From an uncultured Muribaculaceae bacterium (GTDB lineage: Bacteria; Bacteroidota; Bacteroidia; Bacteroidales; UBA932), in the NCBI GenBank assembly GCA_964554535.1, contig CAZKPB010000006.1:39768-103767 (forward strand): DNA of 64,000 nt. The letters are read 5' to 3'. Under the pieces are notes generated by a model, which ran no database searches, was not told the origin of the DNA, and saw nothing but the letters and a program-made list of their open reading frames with translations. Numbering within the stretch: position 1 is the stretch's first letter; each line of letters starts with the position of its first letter. Made by a program: the position numbers and the translations under genes. Positions 1 to 10,400 of the stretch are shown in pieces.

Positions 1-1359
1 CAGAGAAGCTTCCGAGTCGGGATAGGGGTAACGCAACGGAGGAGTGTTGTGGCCCTTGCCGGAATAACCGGACTCGTCCAGAGAAGAAGCAATGTGATGC
101 GAAGCGGGGACACCGGTCTTTCTATAGAGAGACCAAGCTTCCATACCCTGTTTGAACAGGCTGATCCATTCCTGCAGGTAGATCTGATTCAGCGTACCGT
201 CAAACTTGGCGGGGCCGGCCAGGTAGGCAGCGGCGGAAACGCCGTTTTCTTCACAGGAAGCTGACACGCCGGCGTCATAAGCCGCCTGGGCGCTCATTCC
301 CACATTCCAGCCGCGGGCTGCCGCTTCTGCCAGGTGGAAATAAGTTTCAGCGGCACGGTAAATGGGAGAGAATCCGGCCTGTGTTTCACGGAAGCGTACA
401 CCAATCAAAGAATATTTTTCCTTGTGACCTGTTGTGATGGCATCGGGACCGCCAATTTCGCAACCCACATATTCACCGGAGCCGTTGGGTTGGGCATATA
501 CCGGAAGACGGGGGTCGCTCAGGTTACTCATTTCATTGACCAGAATGTCGGATATGCAATGGTCGTCACGTGTACGGAAGTCGTCGGCCCAAGGTTCGCG
601 GTAAGGGTCGGCGCCCGGCCACCAGAAGAACGCATTGTCGTCGTTGTCCTTCAACAGGGGTTTGTTGGCAACGGACTCGGCCACTTGCTGTGCCAGAGAG
701 GGATTCACATTAGCTATACGCATAGCCATACGCAGACGCAGAGAGTTGGCCAGTTGAATCCATTTTTGTGTGTCACCGCCAAAAAGAATGTCTCCTACGC
801 CCAGATCATCCGTACCGGAAGCCAGGCCGGAAGCGGCTTCATCCAACAAGGCAATAAGGGCGGGATAAATCTGTTCCTGGGTATCATATTTGGGAGTCAA
901 AATACCGGCATCCATCCCAACAGCTTCCGAGTACGGAATGTCGCGCCAGCGGTCGGTGCCCAGCTGTACCACCACGGCTTCCCAGATTTTGGCCACACTG
1001 GCCATGTTGGTCAGACCTTGTGCGGTGGCTTTGTCACGCACGTCACGCAGGTTATTCAAGGTAATGTATAAATAGGTCCAATTGTTGGCTGCTACAGTAG
1101 GACGGAAAACATACCGGGATTCGTCAATATATTGTTTTTTTGCCAGATGGCCGCCGTACGTACTGGGCTCGTTCATATCGGCCCAGGGGTCAAACATATT
1201 GTCACACGAATAACGGATACAAAAAGCTAACACATTGGTAATAGGAGCATTGGCATATGCATCGGGGTCGGTGTTGATTTCTTGAAAATCTTTGGTACAC
1301 CCCATCAAGATGACGCCCAAGAAGGCGATAGCCGATAATCTGAATAATTGTTTTTTCAT
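1..1359 (-). CDS. SusD/RagB-family outer-membrane nutrient-binding lipoprotein (3' end beyond window edge)
   Basis: Absent from the ORF track because there is no stop inside the window. Reverse-strand ATG at 1357-1359, 19 nt downstream of the SusC stop. Hand translation MKKQLFRLSAIAFLGVILMGCTKDFQEINTDPDAYANAPITN... (lipobox LMGC) stays open to nt 1 (...GKGHNTPPLRYPYPDSEASL). SusC-then-SusD order is diagnostic. Confidence 0.8.
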   Translation of the reverse strand, partial: MKKQLFRLSAIAFLGVILMGCTKDFQEINTDPDAYANAPITNVLAFCIRYSCDNMFDPWADMNEPSTYGGHLAKKQYIDESRYVFRPTVAANNWTYLYITLNNLRDVRDKATAQGLTNMASVAKIWEAVVVQLGTDRWRDIPYSEAVGMDAGILTPKYDTQEQIYPALIALLDEAASGLASGTDDLGVGDILFGGDTQKWIQLANSLRLRMAMRIANVNPSLAQQVAESVANKPLLKDNDDNAFFWWPGADPYREPWADDFRTRDDHCISDILVNEMSNLSDPRLPVYAQPNGSGEYVGCEIGGPDAITTGHKEKYSLIGVRFRETQAGFSPIYRAAETYFHLAEAAARGWNVGMSAQAAYDAGVSASCEENGVSAAAYLAGPAKFDGTLNQIYLQEWISLFKQGMEAWSLYRKTGVPASHHIASSLDESGYSGKGHNTPPLRYPYPDSEASL

Positions 1360-1378
1360 AACTTGACTTTTTTAGGGG

Positions 1379-4300
1379 TTAGAAAGTAATACCCACTTTA
1401 ATACCTAAACTGCGGGTGGGCAGGTGAGAGTTGGACTCAAGCCCTACTTTGCCGTTTGAAGCATTAACACTGGATTCGGGGTCAATGCGCGCAATGTTGG
1501 ATTCGTGTACCCAAAGAATGGCTACGTTGTTTCCAACCAAAGAAACGTTCAACGCTTTAACAATGCTCGTGGGAGAGAACATCGTAGAGGGGAAGGTATA
1601 GGTTACGTAAAAGTCTTTCAACTTAACATAAGAACCGTCAAATATGCAAAGCTCGCGATTGTTGTAGAAGTTGGCAAAAGCCGTGTTGGGTTCCACTACA
1701 ATGTCGTTGGGTGTTCCGTCCTGTTTCACGAATTTCTTGAAATCAAAGATATCCTTACCGTAAACTACCCCGTTTTCACGAACACCGTTGGCTGCGGTAT
1801 AGGCATACTGACCGGTATAGGTAGTAAACATCTGCGATACGGAGAATACATCACCTCCCTTACGGAAGTCCAGCATGGCGCCAAAGGACAAATTCTTCCA
1901 CTGGAAGTCCAGTGCCAGACCTGCCAGCCAGTCGGTATTCACATTTCCCAAAACCATATTACTTTGTCTGAGAGGTAGCCCGTTGGAACCTACTATGATA
2001 TTGCCGTTTTCGTCTTTCATGGAACCTGTGCCGACCAGAGAGCCCCAGGCTTCACCCACGCGGGCCTGATTGTATACGGACCATTCACTACCCATATTAT
2101 AAGTTGTCAGCAAATGTTCACCGGTTTCCTTATCTTGATACAGGCTGACAATCTTGCTCTTGTCTTTGGACCAGTTCACCGTGACATCCCATTTGAAATC
2201 ACGGGTTTTAACCGGAGTGGCTTTAACCTGCACCTCAATACCCTTATTGTTGAATTCACCGGCGTTGATTTTCATACTGCTGAAACCGGTAGCACGGGAA
2301 ACTTCGGCAGAAAGAATCTGGTCGGTAGTAGTCTTGTCATACAATGCCACGTCAAATCCCAAACGACCGTTTAAGAACGAGGCTTCCAAACCTACTTCTG
2401 AGGTAACAACTGATTCAGGACGCAGACCCGCAGGCGGGTAAGTGGTAGGATTCTGGTACTGGTTGGAACCGTTGATGCTGTATCCTACAGAAGAATAATA
2501 GCGCGAAGTCTGGTAGGCGTCTGTGGCAGAACCAACCTTGGTCCAACCGCCGCGTACCTTCAGGAATTCAAGCACGGAGCCTTTCAGTGAAGGAAAAGTT
2601 TCGGTGATAATCCAGCTGCCGGTAATGGAAGGATAGAAGATAGGATCGGCAATGGTAGAAGACCAGTCCTGACGGGCAGAGGCATCTACATACAGCATAC
2701 CTTTGAAACCCAGGGACAGGTTACCATAAACAGAATTGGAACGAATGTGCGAAGTATCCATACCCGTACCCGGAGTACCGGCGGCGTTGGAAACCGTATA
2801 AACACCCGGAACAACCAGTGAAGAAGCGGTCAACGAAGATGACTTGTACTGTTGGTCACGGAAGTTGGCACCTGCCACCACGTTGATGCTTAACAAATTG
2901 TCACCGATGGTCTTGTCAAAGTAAGCCAGGAAGTCGGCTTCCAGGTTGGCGTTTTTCCGGTTATAGGCCCAGAAACCGCCGTCCGGATTATCCGTATGAT
3001 ACAATACCACCTGTTTGGTATAGGTATCGTAGTAGTCATAGCCCATACGGCCTTCCAACTTCAACCAGTCGGTAGGTTTGATCCACAGAGAGGATTTACC
3101 CATAAGGCGGTTGCGTTCAAAGTTGTTGGTGTTGTTGTACATGGAATAGTAAGGATTCTGATGGTAGTCGGGATTCCAGTTCCAGGGCTTTCCTGTATAC
3201 GGGTCATTGCCCTTGTCCCAGGTATTCTTCAGAGACTGCATATCCACCTGACGGCCGAACCACTGCAACAAAGACTGCAGGGGGTTACCGGCATCGTAGG
3301 CATTCATGGGAAGGTTGTCACTCTGGGTACGGGTGTAATTCATACTCAAGTCAAAGGAGATATACTTGTTGATATCCATATTGGTATTCACCTGAGCGGA
3401 AATACGTTTCTGGTCCGTATTGGGCAGTGTACCCTTCTGGTCTCTAAGACCCAGAGAAGCGCGTGTAGTGGCCTTGTCCCCGCGGGTGGTAACCGACACG
3501 TTGTGGTTCATACTGAAACCGTTCTGGTAGAATTCCTTGATGTTGTTGGGATGAGAAACCCACGGGGTGGCGGTGTGAACACCGTTCACCACCGGGCTGT
3601 CCCATTGGGGAATCATCAAACCGACATCCAAACGGGGACCCCAACTTTCGTCAGCGCCCAAATAGCTGGACAGGTCATTGTAACCCAATTCGTTATATAC
3701 CCAGTCAGAGTAGGAACCTTCATAACCGCTGTTCTTGTAGCTGAACTCGGCACCGTCATAACCCTGACCGTAAGAATTCTGCAGTTTGGGCAGATTGTAC
3801 ATCTGGTCCATGGTGAAGTTTCCGTTATACGAAATGGAGACCCCTTCCTTGGCATTTTTACCGGATTTGGTGGTAATGAGGATTACCCCGTTACCGGCGC
3901 GCATCCCGTACAAAGCGGCGGATCCCCCCTTCAATACGGAAATGTTTTCAATGTCTTCGGGGTTGATATCGTACAAGCCCGAACCATAGTCCACGCTGTT
4001 CTGAGCGTAGTTGTCATTGGTCATGGGAACCCCGTCAATAACAATCAGAGGGTCATTGGAACCCAGAGAAGAGTTACCGCGGATAATAATACGTGAACTG
4101 GCGCCTATGGCACCACCGGAAGCCGTCACCTGCATACCGGCAACACGGCCGGACAATGCGGAGGATACATTCTGGTGACCGGATTTGGTAATGGCGTCTG
4201 ATTTCACGTCTTGAATGGCTGCCCCAATGGATTTCTTTTCACGGGTAATACCCAGTGCGGTAATAATTACCTCATCCAGCACATTGGCGGCACTCATCTC

Positions 4301-4582
4301 TACGTTAATAACGGAACGTCCGTTCACAGCCACTTCCACGGAGGTATACCCTACATAACTGAATACCAGGGTAGCGTTGGAAGGACAAGTGATGGTGTAG
4401 TTCCCGTCATAATCTGCAACTTGTGCGGTGCGTTGTCCCTGAACAAGGATAGTGGCACCCGGAAGCGACTGTCCGTCAGCCGCATCTGTAACCTTACCCG
4501 TTATCTGGATGTTTTGCGCCGTTGCCATGGAGCAAACGCCCAAAAACAAGCAGGTCAAGATTGATCTGAGTTTTTTCATCAT
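1379..4582 (-). CDS. SusC/RagA-family TonB-dependent outer-membrane transporter
   Basis: 1067-aa ORF. Signal peptide MMKKLRSILTCLFLGVCSMATAQ; carboxypeptidase-regulatory-like N-domain (ITGKVTDAADGQSLPGATILVQG); plug (DEVIITALGITREKKSIGAA); C-terminal barrel ending GIKVGITF. Followed directly by a SusD gene. Confidence 0.93.
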   Translation of the reverse strand: MMKKLRSILTCLFLGVCSMATAQNIQITGKVTDAADGQSLPGATILVQGQRTAQVADYDGNYTITCPSNATLVFSYVGYTSVEVAVNGRSVINVEMSAANVLDEVIITALGITREKKSIGAAIQDVKSDAITKSGHQNVSSALSGRVAGMQVTASGGAIGASSRIIIRGNSSLGSNDPLIVIDGVPMTNDNYAQNSVDYGSGLYDINPEDIENISVLKGGSAALYGMRAGNGVILITTKSGKNAKEGVSISYNGNFTMDQMYNLPKLQNSYGQGYDGAEFSYKNSGYEGSYSDWVYNELGYNDLSSYLGADESWGPRLDVGLMIPQWDSPVVNGVHTATPWVSHPNNIKEFYQNGFSMNHNVSVTTRGDKATTRASLGLRDQKGTLPNTDQKRISAQVNTNMDINKYISFDLSMNYTRTQSDNLPMNAYDAGNPLQSLLQWFGRQVDMQSLKNTWDKGNDPYTGKPWNWNPDYHQNPYYSMYNNTNNFERNRLMGKSSLWIKPTDWLKLEGRMGYDYYDTYTKQVVLYHTDNPDGGFWAYNRKNANLEADFLAYFDKTIGDNLLSINVVAGANFRDQQYKSSSLTASSLVVPGVYTVSNAAGTPGTGMDTSHIRSNSVYGNLSLGFKGMLYVDASARQDWSSTIADPIFYPSITGSWIITETFPSLKGSVLEFLKVRGGWTKVGSATDAYQTSRYYSSVGYSINGSNQYQNPTTYPPAGLRPESVVTSEVGLEASFLNGRLGFDVALYDKTTTDQILSAEVSRATGFSSMKINAGEFNNKGIEVQVKATPVKTRDFKWDVTVNWSKDKSKIVSLYQDKETGEHLLTTYNMGSEWSVYNQARVGEAWGSLVGTGSMKDENGNIIVGSNGLPLRQSNMVLGNVNTDWLAGLALDFQWKNLSFGAMLDFRKGGDVFSVSQMFTTYTGQYAYTAANGVRENGVVYGKDIFDFKKFVKQDGTPNDIVVEPNTAFANFYNNRELCIFDGSYVKLKDFYVTYTFPSTMFSPTSIVKALNVSLVGNNVAILWVHESNIARIDPESSVNASNGKVGLESNSHLPTRSLGIKVGITF

Positions 4583-4646
4583 CGGTTGTTTTAAATTAAT
4601 AAAAGGTTAATGGTTCTTGGTTTCTAATTTCTATTTATTCGCAAAA

Positions 4647-4654
4647 CAAAATTA
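4647..4654 (-). promoter_or_regulatory. Bacteroidota -7 promoter box TAnnTTTG (taattttg) upstream of SusC 1379-4582
   Basis: The + strand reads caaaatta, 64 nt upstream of the ATG at 4582. Motif match only. Confidence 0.35.
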
Positions 4655-4796
4655 TTGAATTAGTTGACTAAATACAACTATTGGTTTGAAAGCAAAAATT
4701 TTCTCTATTGGCGCTGGTTTAACTTAATAAAATAGCCGTTTTGTAAATTTCAGTTACTATTTGTAAGGCAAAAGAAGTTTGCCCGTTTTGCCTGCG

Positions 4797-4832
4797 CCAA
4801 AAAAAATGAGGGTCTCCCTAAGGAAACCCTCA
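4797..4832 (-). terminator. Rho-independent terminator closing the upstream SusC/SusD/lipoprotein operon
   Basis: Reverse strand reads tgagggt-ttccttagggag-accctca followed by tttttttt. It has a 7-bp stem plus inner tcc/gga pairs and a T8 tract, and starts 23 nt after the stop of the 4855-5772 gene. Confidence 0.75.
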
Positions 4833-4854
4833 AAATGTCAAGCAAGTATACTTA

Positions 4855-5772
4855 TTATAATATCTCGTTCAAATCCGGACCACCGGGAAAAGACAGGTAG
4901 CAAGGGTACTTACCAAAACCTCCCAGGCCGTCAATATAATAATAAGGTACCAGTCTGGCTACGTCATTTTCCGAGTTAACAGACAGGAACTGGCTGTCAG
5001 CATCGCTGTTAGCAGGGTTGCGCACAGACGGCAAATACGCTTTAATACTGGAGGTGGGATCACCCGGGGTATAAATAAGTCCGGTATACCAGAATTTATC
5101 CCAGGACAGATGTACACCATCTTCTTTTACCCAGAATTCAATGTATTCGCTTTTGGGACCGCCAATGTTTTCAGCAGACCAGACCGCAGCCAATTGAGCG
5201 TTGTTAGCATACGGTTTCATAATTCTGTACAACTCGGGACGTACTCCGTTATGAAGCACTTCCACTTCCTGAATCCCATAACTGTCACTTGACATAAGAG
5301 CCAGCTGGTCAAACCATTGTCCCATACCAAGAGATTCCCAGGGGTTTACGTAAACCGAGAAGAAGTAGGTACTCAGACCGTAAGGAGTGGTTTCTTTTCC
5401 CAAGGTAAGATTTAGGTCGTAAGTTTCTCCTCTTTGAAATTTGGATGCATCAAAAGTAATCACAAGATCCGTTGTCTTTTGACCCGCAGCAAATTCCACG
5501 GTAGCAGGTACATTGAATCCGGAAGCTGCTTCTGCAATAACAGGCACACTCAAGGCAGACCCACTCTCAACACGGGTAACAGGAACAGCAATAGGTTTTG
5601 TCTCGTCCAAGTTGATGGTGCCGACAGGAACCGTATTCGGGAAAAACACCTGTGCACCGGCAGGTACCTCGCCGGGTACATATTCCGGTGACTTTTCAAC
5701 GCAGGAAACAGCCAGGAATATAGTGGATACGAGTATGGCGTATAGTATATTATTTCTTGTTTTCATATTCAT
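4855..5772 (-). CDS. PUL-associated surface lipoprotein, function unknown (SGBP-like position)
   Basis: 305-aa ORF starting 5 nt after the SusD stop. Signal peptide with lipobox (ILVSTIFLAVSC). No family recognisable by eye. Confidence 0.7.
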   Translation of the reverse strand: MNMKTRNNILYAILVSTIFLAVSCVEKSPEYVPGEVPAGAQVFFPNTVPVGTINLDETKPIAVPVTRVESGSALSVPVIAEAASGFNVPATVEFAAGQKTTDLVITFDASKFQRGETYDLNLTLGKETTPYGLSTYFFSVYVNPWESLGMGQWFDQLALMSSDSYGIQEVEVLHNGVRPELYRIMKPYANNAQLAAVWSAENIGGPKSEYIEFWVKEDGVHLSWDKFWYTGLIYTPGDPTSSIKAYLPSVRNPANSDADSQFLSVNSENDVARLVPYYYIDGLGGFGKYPCYLSFPGGPDLNEIL

Positions 5773-5777
5773 AATTG

Positions 5778-7481
5778 TTATTTAACATTGCTGACAGTGT
5801 TAGTCGGGTCCGGATTGTTGGGGGTGGTCATTACACCGTCAATTTCGGTCGGGACTTCGTCAGATTTAATAATATAGTCGTTGTTTTCCAATTCGGAAAT
5901 AGGAATACAGAGGTTCCAGTAAGGACTTACTTCTTCAATATCGTACTTCTGTGTCTGATGAATGGTGTTAGCGCCTTCATACCAGGTCTTGATACCCGGT
6001 CTGATACGTTTGGCGTCAAAGTAACCTACTCCTTCACCCCAGAATTCCACGCGTTTCTGATAGAGCACTTCTTCCTGGAAATTTTTAACAAAACCTTTGT
6101 TGAAAGAAGCGGCTGCTTCTGCATAGGAGTAATCGGGGTCACGATATTGGTTCATAAAAGATTCCAGCAAGGCAGCACCGGCCGCTTCACCGTCTTTCAT
6201 ACCCACCGCTTCGGCTTCAATCAGATACATTTCTTCTACACGCATAATGGGGAAGTCAACGGCCCCGCCAATACTGTAGGTTTGCCAATCGCCCGCCTTG
6301 CAACGGATCTTGAACGACATATAGTCAGGAAGATCTTCAAAGGGATAAGCATCAAGGAAACCGGCTTGGTCACCCCATTTGTAATAATCCTCATCATAGG
6401 TGGCTCTGTCCGGGTCAATGAAGGATTGTTTTCTGAAGTCAGAACGGTTCATTCTGTCATAAAGCCAGCGGTTGAGCGCCAGTTTTGTGAGTGAATTGTA
6501 GCCCCAGTCAGATTCTCCGGCAAGAAAACCGGTAGGATTACACAGGTTCCCCATGTTGTTGGCGGAAATGTTGTAATACCACATCCAGGAGTTGTTGCCA
6601 CTGGCGTCGCAGAAGGCTTTGGTAGGATCGGTCCATTGGGATTCGGTAAGAGGAGTCTTGCCGGAAGCATCAATGGCCTTTCTTGCATACAAGGCGGCGT
6701 TGGGATAATCGGCCATAGCCAGATACATACGGGCCTTGATACCGTATACCACTGCCAGAGACGGGTAGCGACCGTTGGTAGGTGTATAGTTTGCAAAAAG
6801 TTCTTCCGCTTTATCCAGGTCGGCAAGCACAAGAGCGGAAACCGCTTCCTTGGGTGCTCTCGCGGTTTTGTATTCACTTTCGGGCTCGGCGCTTGAAAGC
6901 ACAATGGGAATGGTAAGTCCCTGGATGGCCGATACATCGGTGTATTTGTTGGCTGCGGGAAGGTAAATGTTATATAGGTCATGATACATCAACGCACGGT
7001 AGGTGTAGGCGGTTCCCAGATAACCTTTCTTTTCATCATTCAATTCGGAGTAAGGAGTTTCGCAGAGAGGCCCGATAATATCATTGGCGGATTTAATCAT
7101 TTTGTACAATGACATGAAAGGAACGGTAGAACGGTTGTTCTCATAGTTCATAACATATCCGTAGGCTCCGGTATATCCCGTCCACCAGTCATAACCAATG
7201 GTGGCAGAGTTGTTGACCATATCACAAGTCATACGGGAGTAAGTAATCAAAAGACCGGCGTATGAGATGTCGAATTCAAGCTGGTTGCCTGATCCAAAGA
7301 AGAAATACGGCTGATATGTTTGGGCAACAATACCGTCAACAGAAGCTCCCAATGCGATAGGACTTTCCGCAATCTGATTGGATGTGGCAGCCCCTTCCAG
7401 CGGGAAAGTTTCTTTTATACAGCTGGTAAATGTACTTGCAATAGTCAAAATAAGCACACTTGTTCTTAAAATATTTTTCAT
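5778..7481 (-). CDS. SusD/RagB-family nutrient-binding lipoprotein
   Basis: 567 aa. Lipobox (ILTIASTFTSC). Lies 18 nt downstream of a SusC gene. Tyr/Trp/Asn-rich SusD-like composition. Confidence 0.9.
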   Translation of the reverse strand: MKNILRTSVLILTIASTFTSCIKETFPLEGAATSNQIAESPIALGASVDGIVAQTYQPYFFFGSGNQLEFDISYAGLLITYSRMTCDMVNNSATIGYDWWTGYTGAYGYVMNYENNRSTVPFMSLYKMIKSANDIIGPLCETPYSELNDEKKGYLGTAYTYRALMYHDLYNIYLPAANKYTDVSAIQGLTIPIVLSSAEPESEYKTARAPKEAVSALVLADLDKAEELFANYTPTNGRYPSLAVVYGIKARMYLAMADYPNAALYARKAIDASGKTPLTESQWTDPTKAFCDASGNNSWMWYYNISANNMGNLCNPTGFLAGESDWGYNSLTKLALNRWLYDRMNRSDFRKQSFIDPDRATYDEDYYKWGDQAGFLDAYPFEDLPDYMSFKIRCKAGDWQTYSIGGAVDFPIMRVEEMYLIEAEAVGMKDGEAAGAALLESFMNQYRDPDYSYAEAAASFNKGFVKNFQEEVLYQKRVEFWGEGVGYFDAKRIRPGIKTWYEGANTIHQTQKYDIEEVSPYWNLCIPISELENNDYIIKSDEVPTEIDGVMTTPNNPDPTNTVSNVK

Positions 7482-7499
7482 AATAATATATACTTATTT

Positions 7500-10400
7500 T
7501 TAGAATTTAATAGTGATACCTCCGGAGATAGTTCTCATAGGAGAATAGAAAGAAGCATCCGCACCCGTACTGAAACTTTGTCTTGGGTCAAATCCCTGAC
7601 GAGCAGACCAGTAGAACACGTTTTCAGCTGCAACATAGAGTCTCAGGGAAGAAATGAGCGCCTTCTTGGTAATGCGTTCGGGTAAGGTGTAGCCCAAGTT
7701 TACATTCTGAAGGTTCAAGAAACTGGCAGAAGTAAGGAAGCGGGTGGAAGCGGCGTTGCTATAGGAGTCGGCATATTGAAAACGGGGGATGTTTGAAGAA
7801 GTATTCTCGGGTGTCCAGGCCTTCAACAAGTCGGCATGGTAGGCATAACCCGACTGTGAAGCGGTAGGTGAATACATCATGGTTCTGTAGGTACCGTCCG
7901 TCTGTTTGCCGCCAAGCTGATAGGTAAAGTTGATGGCAAAGTCAAAACCGTAGGCTTTCAAAGAAGTACCAAAACCACCGTATACGGGGGCCAACGTGGA
8001 ACTATGGGTCAAATATTTGGTGGCATTTGAATAAACATCGGTGGTTTCCCTTCCGGTAACCTTACCGCTTTCATCGGTAACATTCTTATACCACAATGAT
8101 TTACCGTTGTTGTCCAAACCGGCAAATTCATACTGATACCAAGTATACATGGGCACACCTTCCGCAATGAAGAAACCGTCTGAAGTAAAACCTTCATAGG
8201 TGTTGCCTTCAGCATCGTAAACCTTGCTGTCCTTCACGTTGTCGGCCAATGAAACCACTTTGTTTTTCAAATAGGTAACATTCAAATTCACATTCCATTG
8301 AACGTTCTTGTTGTTCACAATGTTAAAATTGAAGTCACCTTCAACGCCCTGGTTGAGCATATCACCCACGTTTTTGTAGATATTGCGGTATCCCTGAGAA
8401 GGAGCTACCGGAGTGGGGAACAACATATCGGTGGTTTGTCTGTTGAAGTAGTCAATACTACCGCTCACAGCACCGTTAAGCAAAGTGAATTCAAAGCCGG
8501 CATTGGCATTGGCGCTTGTTTCCCAGGTAATATCCTGATTACCTTTTGAATCGAAAATGGTAGATACATTGCCGTCTGAAGGCACAATGCTGAACACGTC
8601 CACATATCTGTAGGCACCGATGTCGTCATTACCCTGGCTACCGTAAGAAGCCTTGAGTTTGAATTCGTCCACCCAGGGAGCGTCAAACCAGCTTTCCTTG
8701 CTCATAATCCAAGCGGCACCGGCTGACCAGAAGTTACCCCAGCGGCTGTCGGGATGGAACCGGGAAGAAGCATCTCTACGGAAGGATCCGGAAGCGAAGA
8801 AACGTTCTGCATAGTCATACTGGGCACGTACAAAGTAACCTTCATTGTTGTATTCGGTCTGGTAAGATGAAGCGCTCTGGCCGTCCACTACGGCACCGTC
8901 AAGTTCTTTGTTCTTGTCAGAAAACATCTTGCTCTTGCCTGCGCCTAATTCATAATATTTTCTATTGTAATATTCGTGACCCAACAGGGCGGTAACGCGG
9001 TGTTTGCCAAAGAGGTGGTTATAGTTGAGCAATTGCTGGGTGTTCCAAGCGTACTGACGGGTATGATACATCTCAACCGTACCGCCGGTGGTTCTGAACT
9101 GGCCATAATACTGGTTGTATACGTAGTTGGAGCGGGTTTCGTCAAGGTTGGCGGAACCGTTTATAGTAAACGTAAAGTCTTTGAGAAAATCAATATCCAT
9201 ATAGCCCTGAACCACGGCGGCATTACCTTCCGCGTTGTTGGTGTTCAGTTTGTTGGCTAGCAGAGGGTTGGCATCGGTGATAAACGGACGGGCCGTTCCG
9301 GGAATACCGCCCAATGAAATATTGCCATTACCATGGTCCATCATTTCAATGCCGTTAGCATCTTTATAGATGCTGCCGTCCGCATTTCTGATCCACAGAG
9401 GATAGATGGGGGCCATCTGCGAGGTGTAAGCCCATACGTTGGCGGTAGAAGAACTGCTACCGTTGTTTCCAAGCGAATTGGAGTTGAATTTGGCGTAAGA
9501 CATATTGGCACCGACTTTCATCCAGTCTTTTGCCTGGTAATCCGCTTTCAAACGGGCAGAAAGACGCTGATGGTCAGAGTTCTCTGTAATACCTTGGTTG
9601 TCAAGGTATGAAAGAGAAGAATAATAAGACAGTTTGTTTTCGGCACCCGATACGGAAAGGGTGTATTCCTGTCTGACCCCTTTGCGGTAGGCGTATTCGG
9701 ACCAGTCGTCGGGCTGTACCAGAAAGTCTCCGCTGACGTGACCCATAATGGCATTGGGGTTCAACTTGCCATTGGAACCAATCAACATTTGATTTTCGGG
9801 AACATCAAAGATTTGATAACCGGTACCCCCGTCGGGAGCAGAGTTGATGTTCTGGTTGGCCAACATATGCGCCACTGCAGGATTGAGTCCCAGGCCGTCC
9901 TGCGCCGTATAATAATTATACAGCGCTTTGTAATGCTGTTCATAATAAGCTCTGGGGTCATCCAAAGTAACGTATTCCTGAAGAGCCTTGGTATTCACAC
10001 CATATTTTGCGTCAAAAGAAACCGTGGCGGTTCCCTGTTTGGCTTTCTTGGTGGTAATCATGATAACCCCATTGGCACCACGAGCGCCGTAAAGAGCATT
10101 GGAAGCAGCGTCCTTGAGTACAGTCATACTTTCAATATCGTTGGGAGCGATATTGTTCATATCACCGTCATAAGGAGTACCGTCCACAACAATCAGAGGA
10201 TCATTGCCCGCATATACGGAACTGATACCGCGGATGCGGATTTTGGGAGAAGATCCGGGAGCTCCGTTATCAGAAGTAATCTGCACACCGGCAACTTGAC
10301 CCGCAAGAGCGCTGGTTACGTTGGACACCTGAGAGCGTGACAGCTTTTCATCATTAATCACTTTAGCCGATCCGGTAAAGGATTCTTTGGTGGATGTACC

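Noticed and set aside
2996-4096. A 366-aa + strand ORF inside SusC. Similar long antisense ORFs occur at 12305-13216, 16840-17832, 20564-21814, 22204-22902, 29487-30299, 30402-31307, 33383-34126, 34133-34906, 36491-37651 and 41829-42827.
   Set aside because: Each lies entirely antisense to a gene with strong family signatures. The translations are low-complexity (G/V/H/R-rich) with no recognisable motifs, signal peptides or -7 boxes. Stop-poor antisense frames are an expected by-product of the codon bias of the sense genes.
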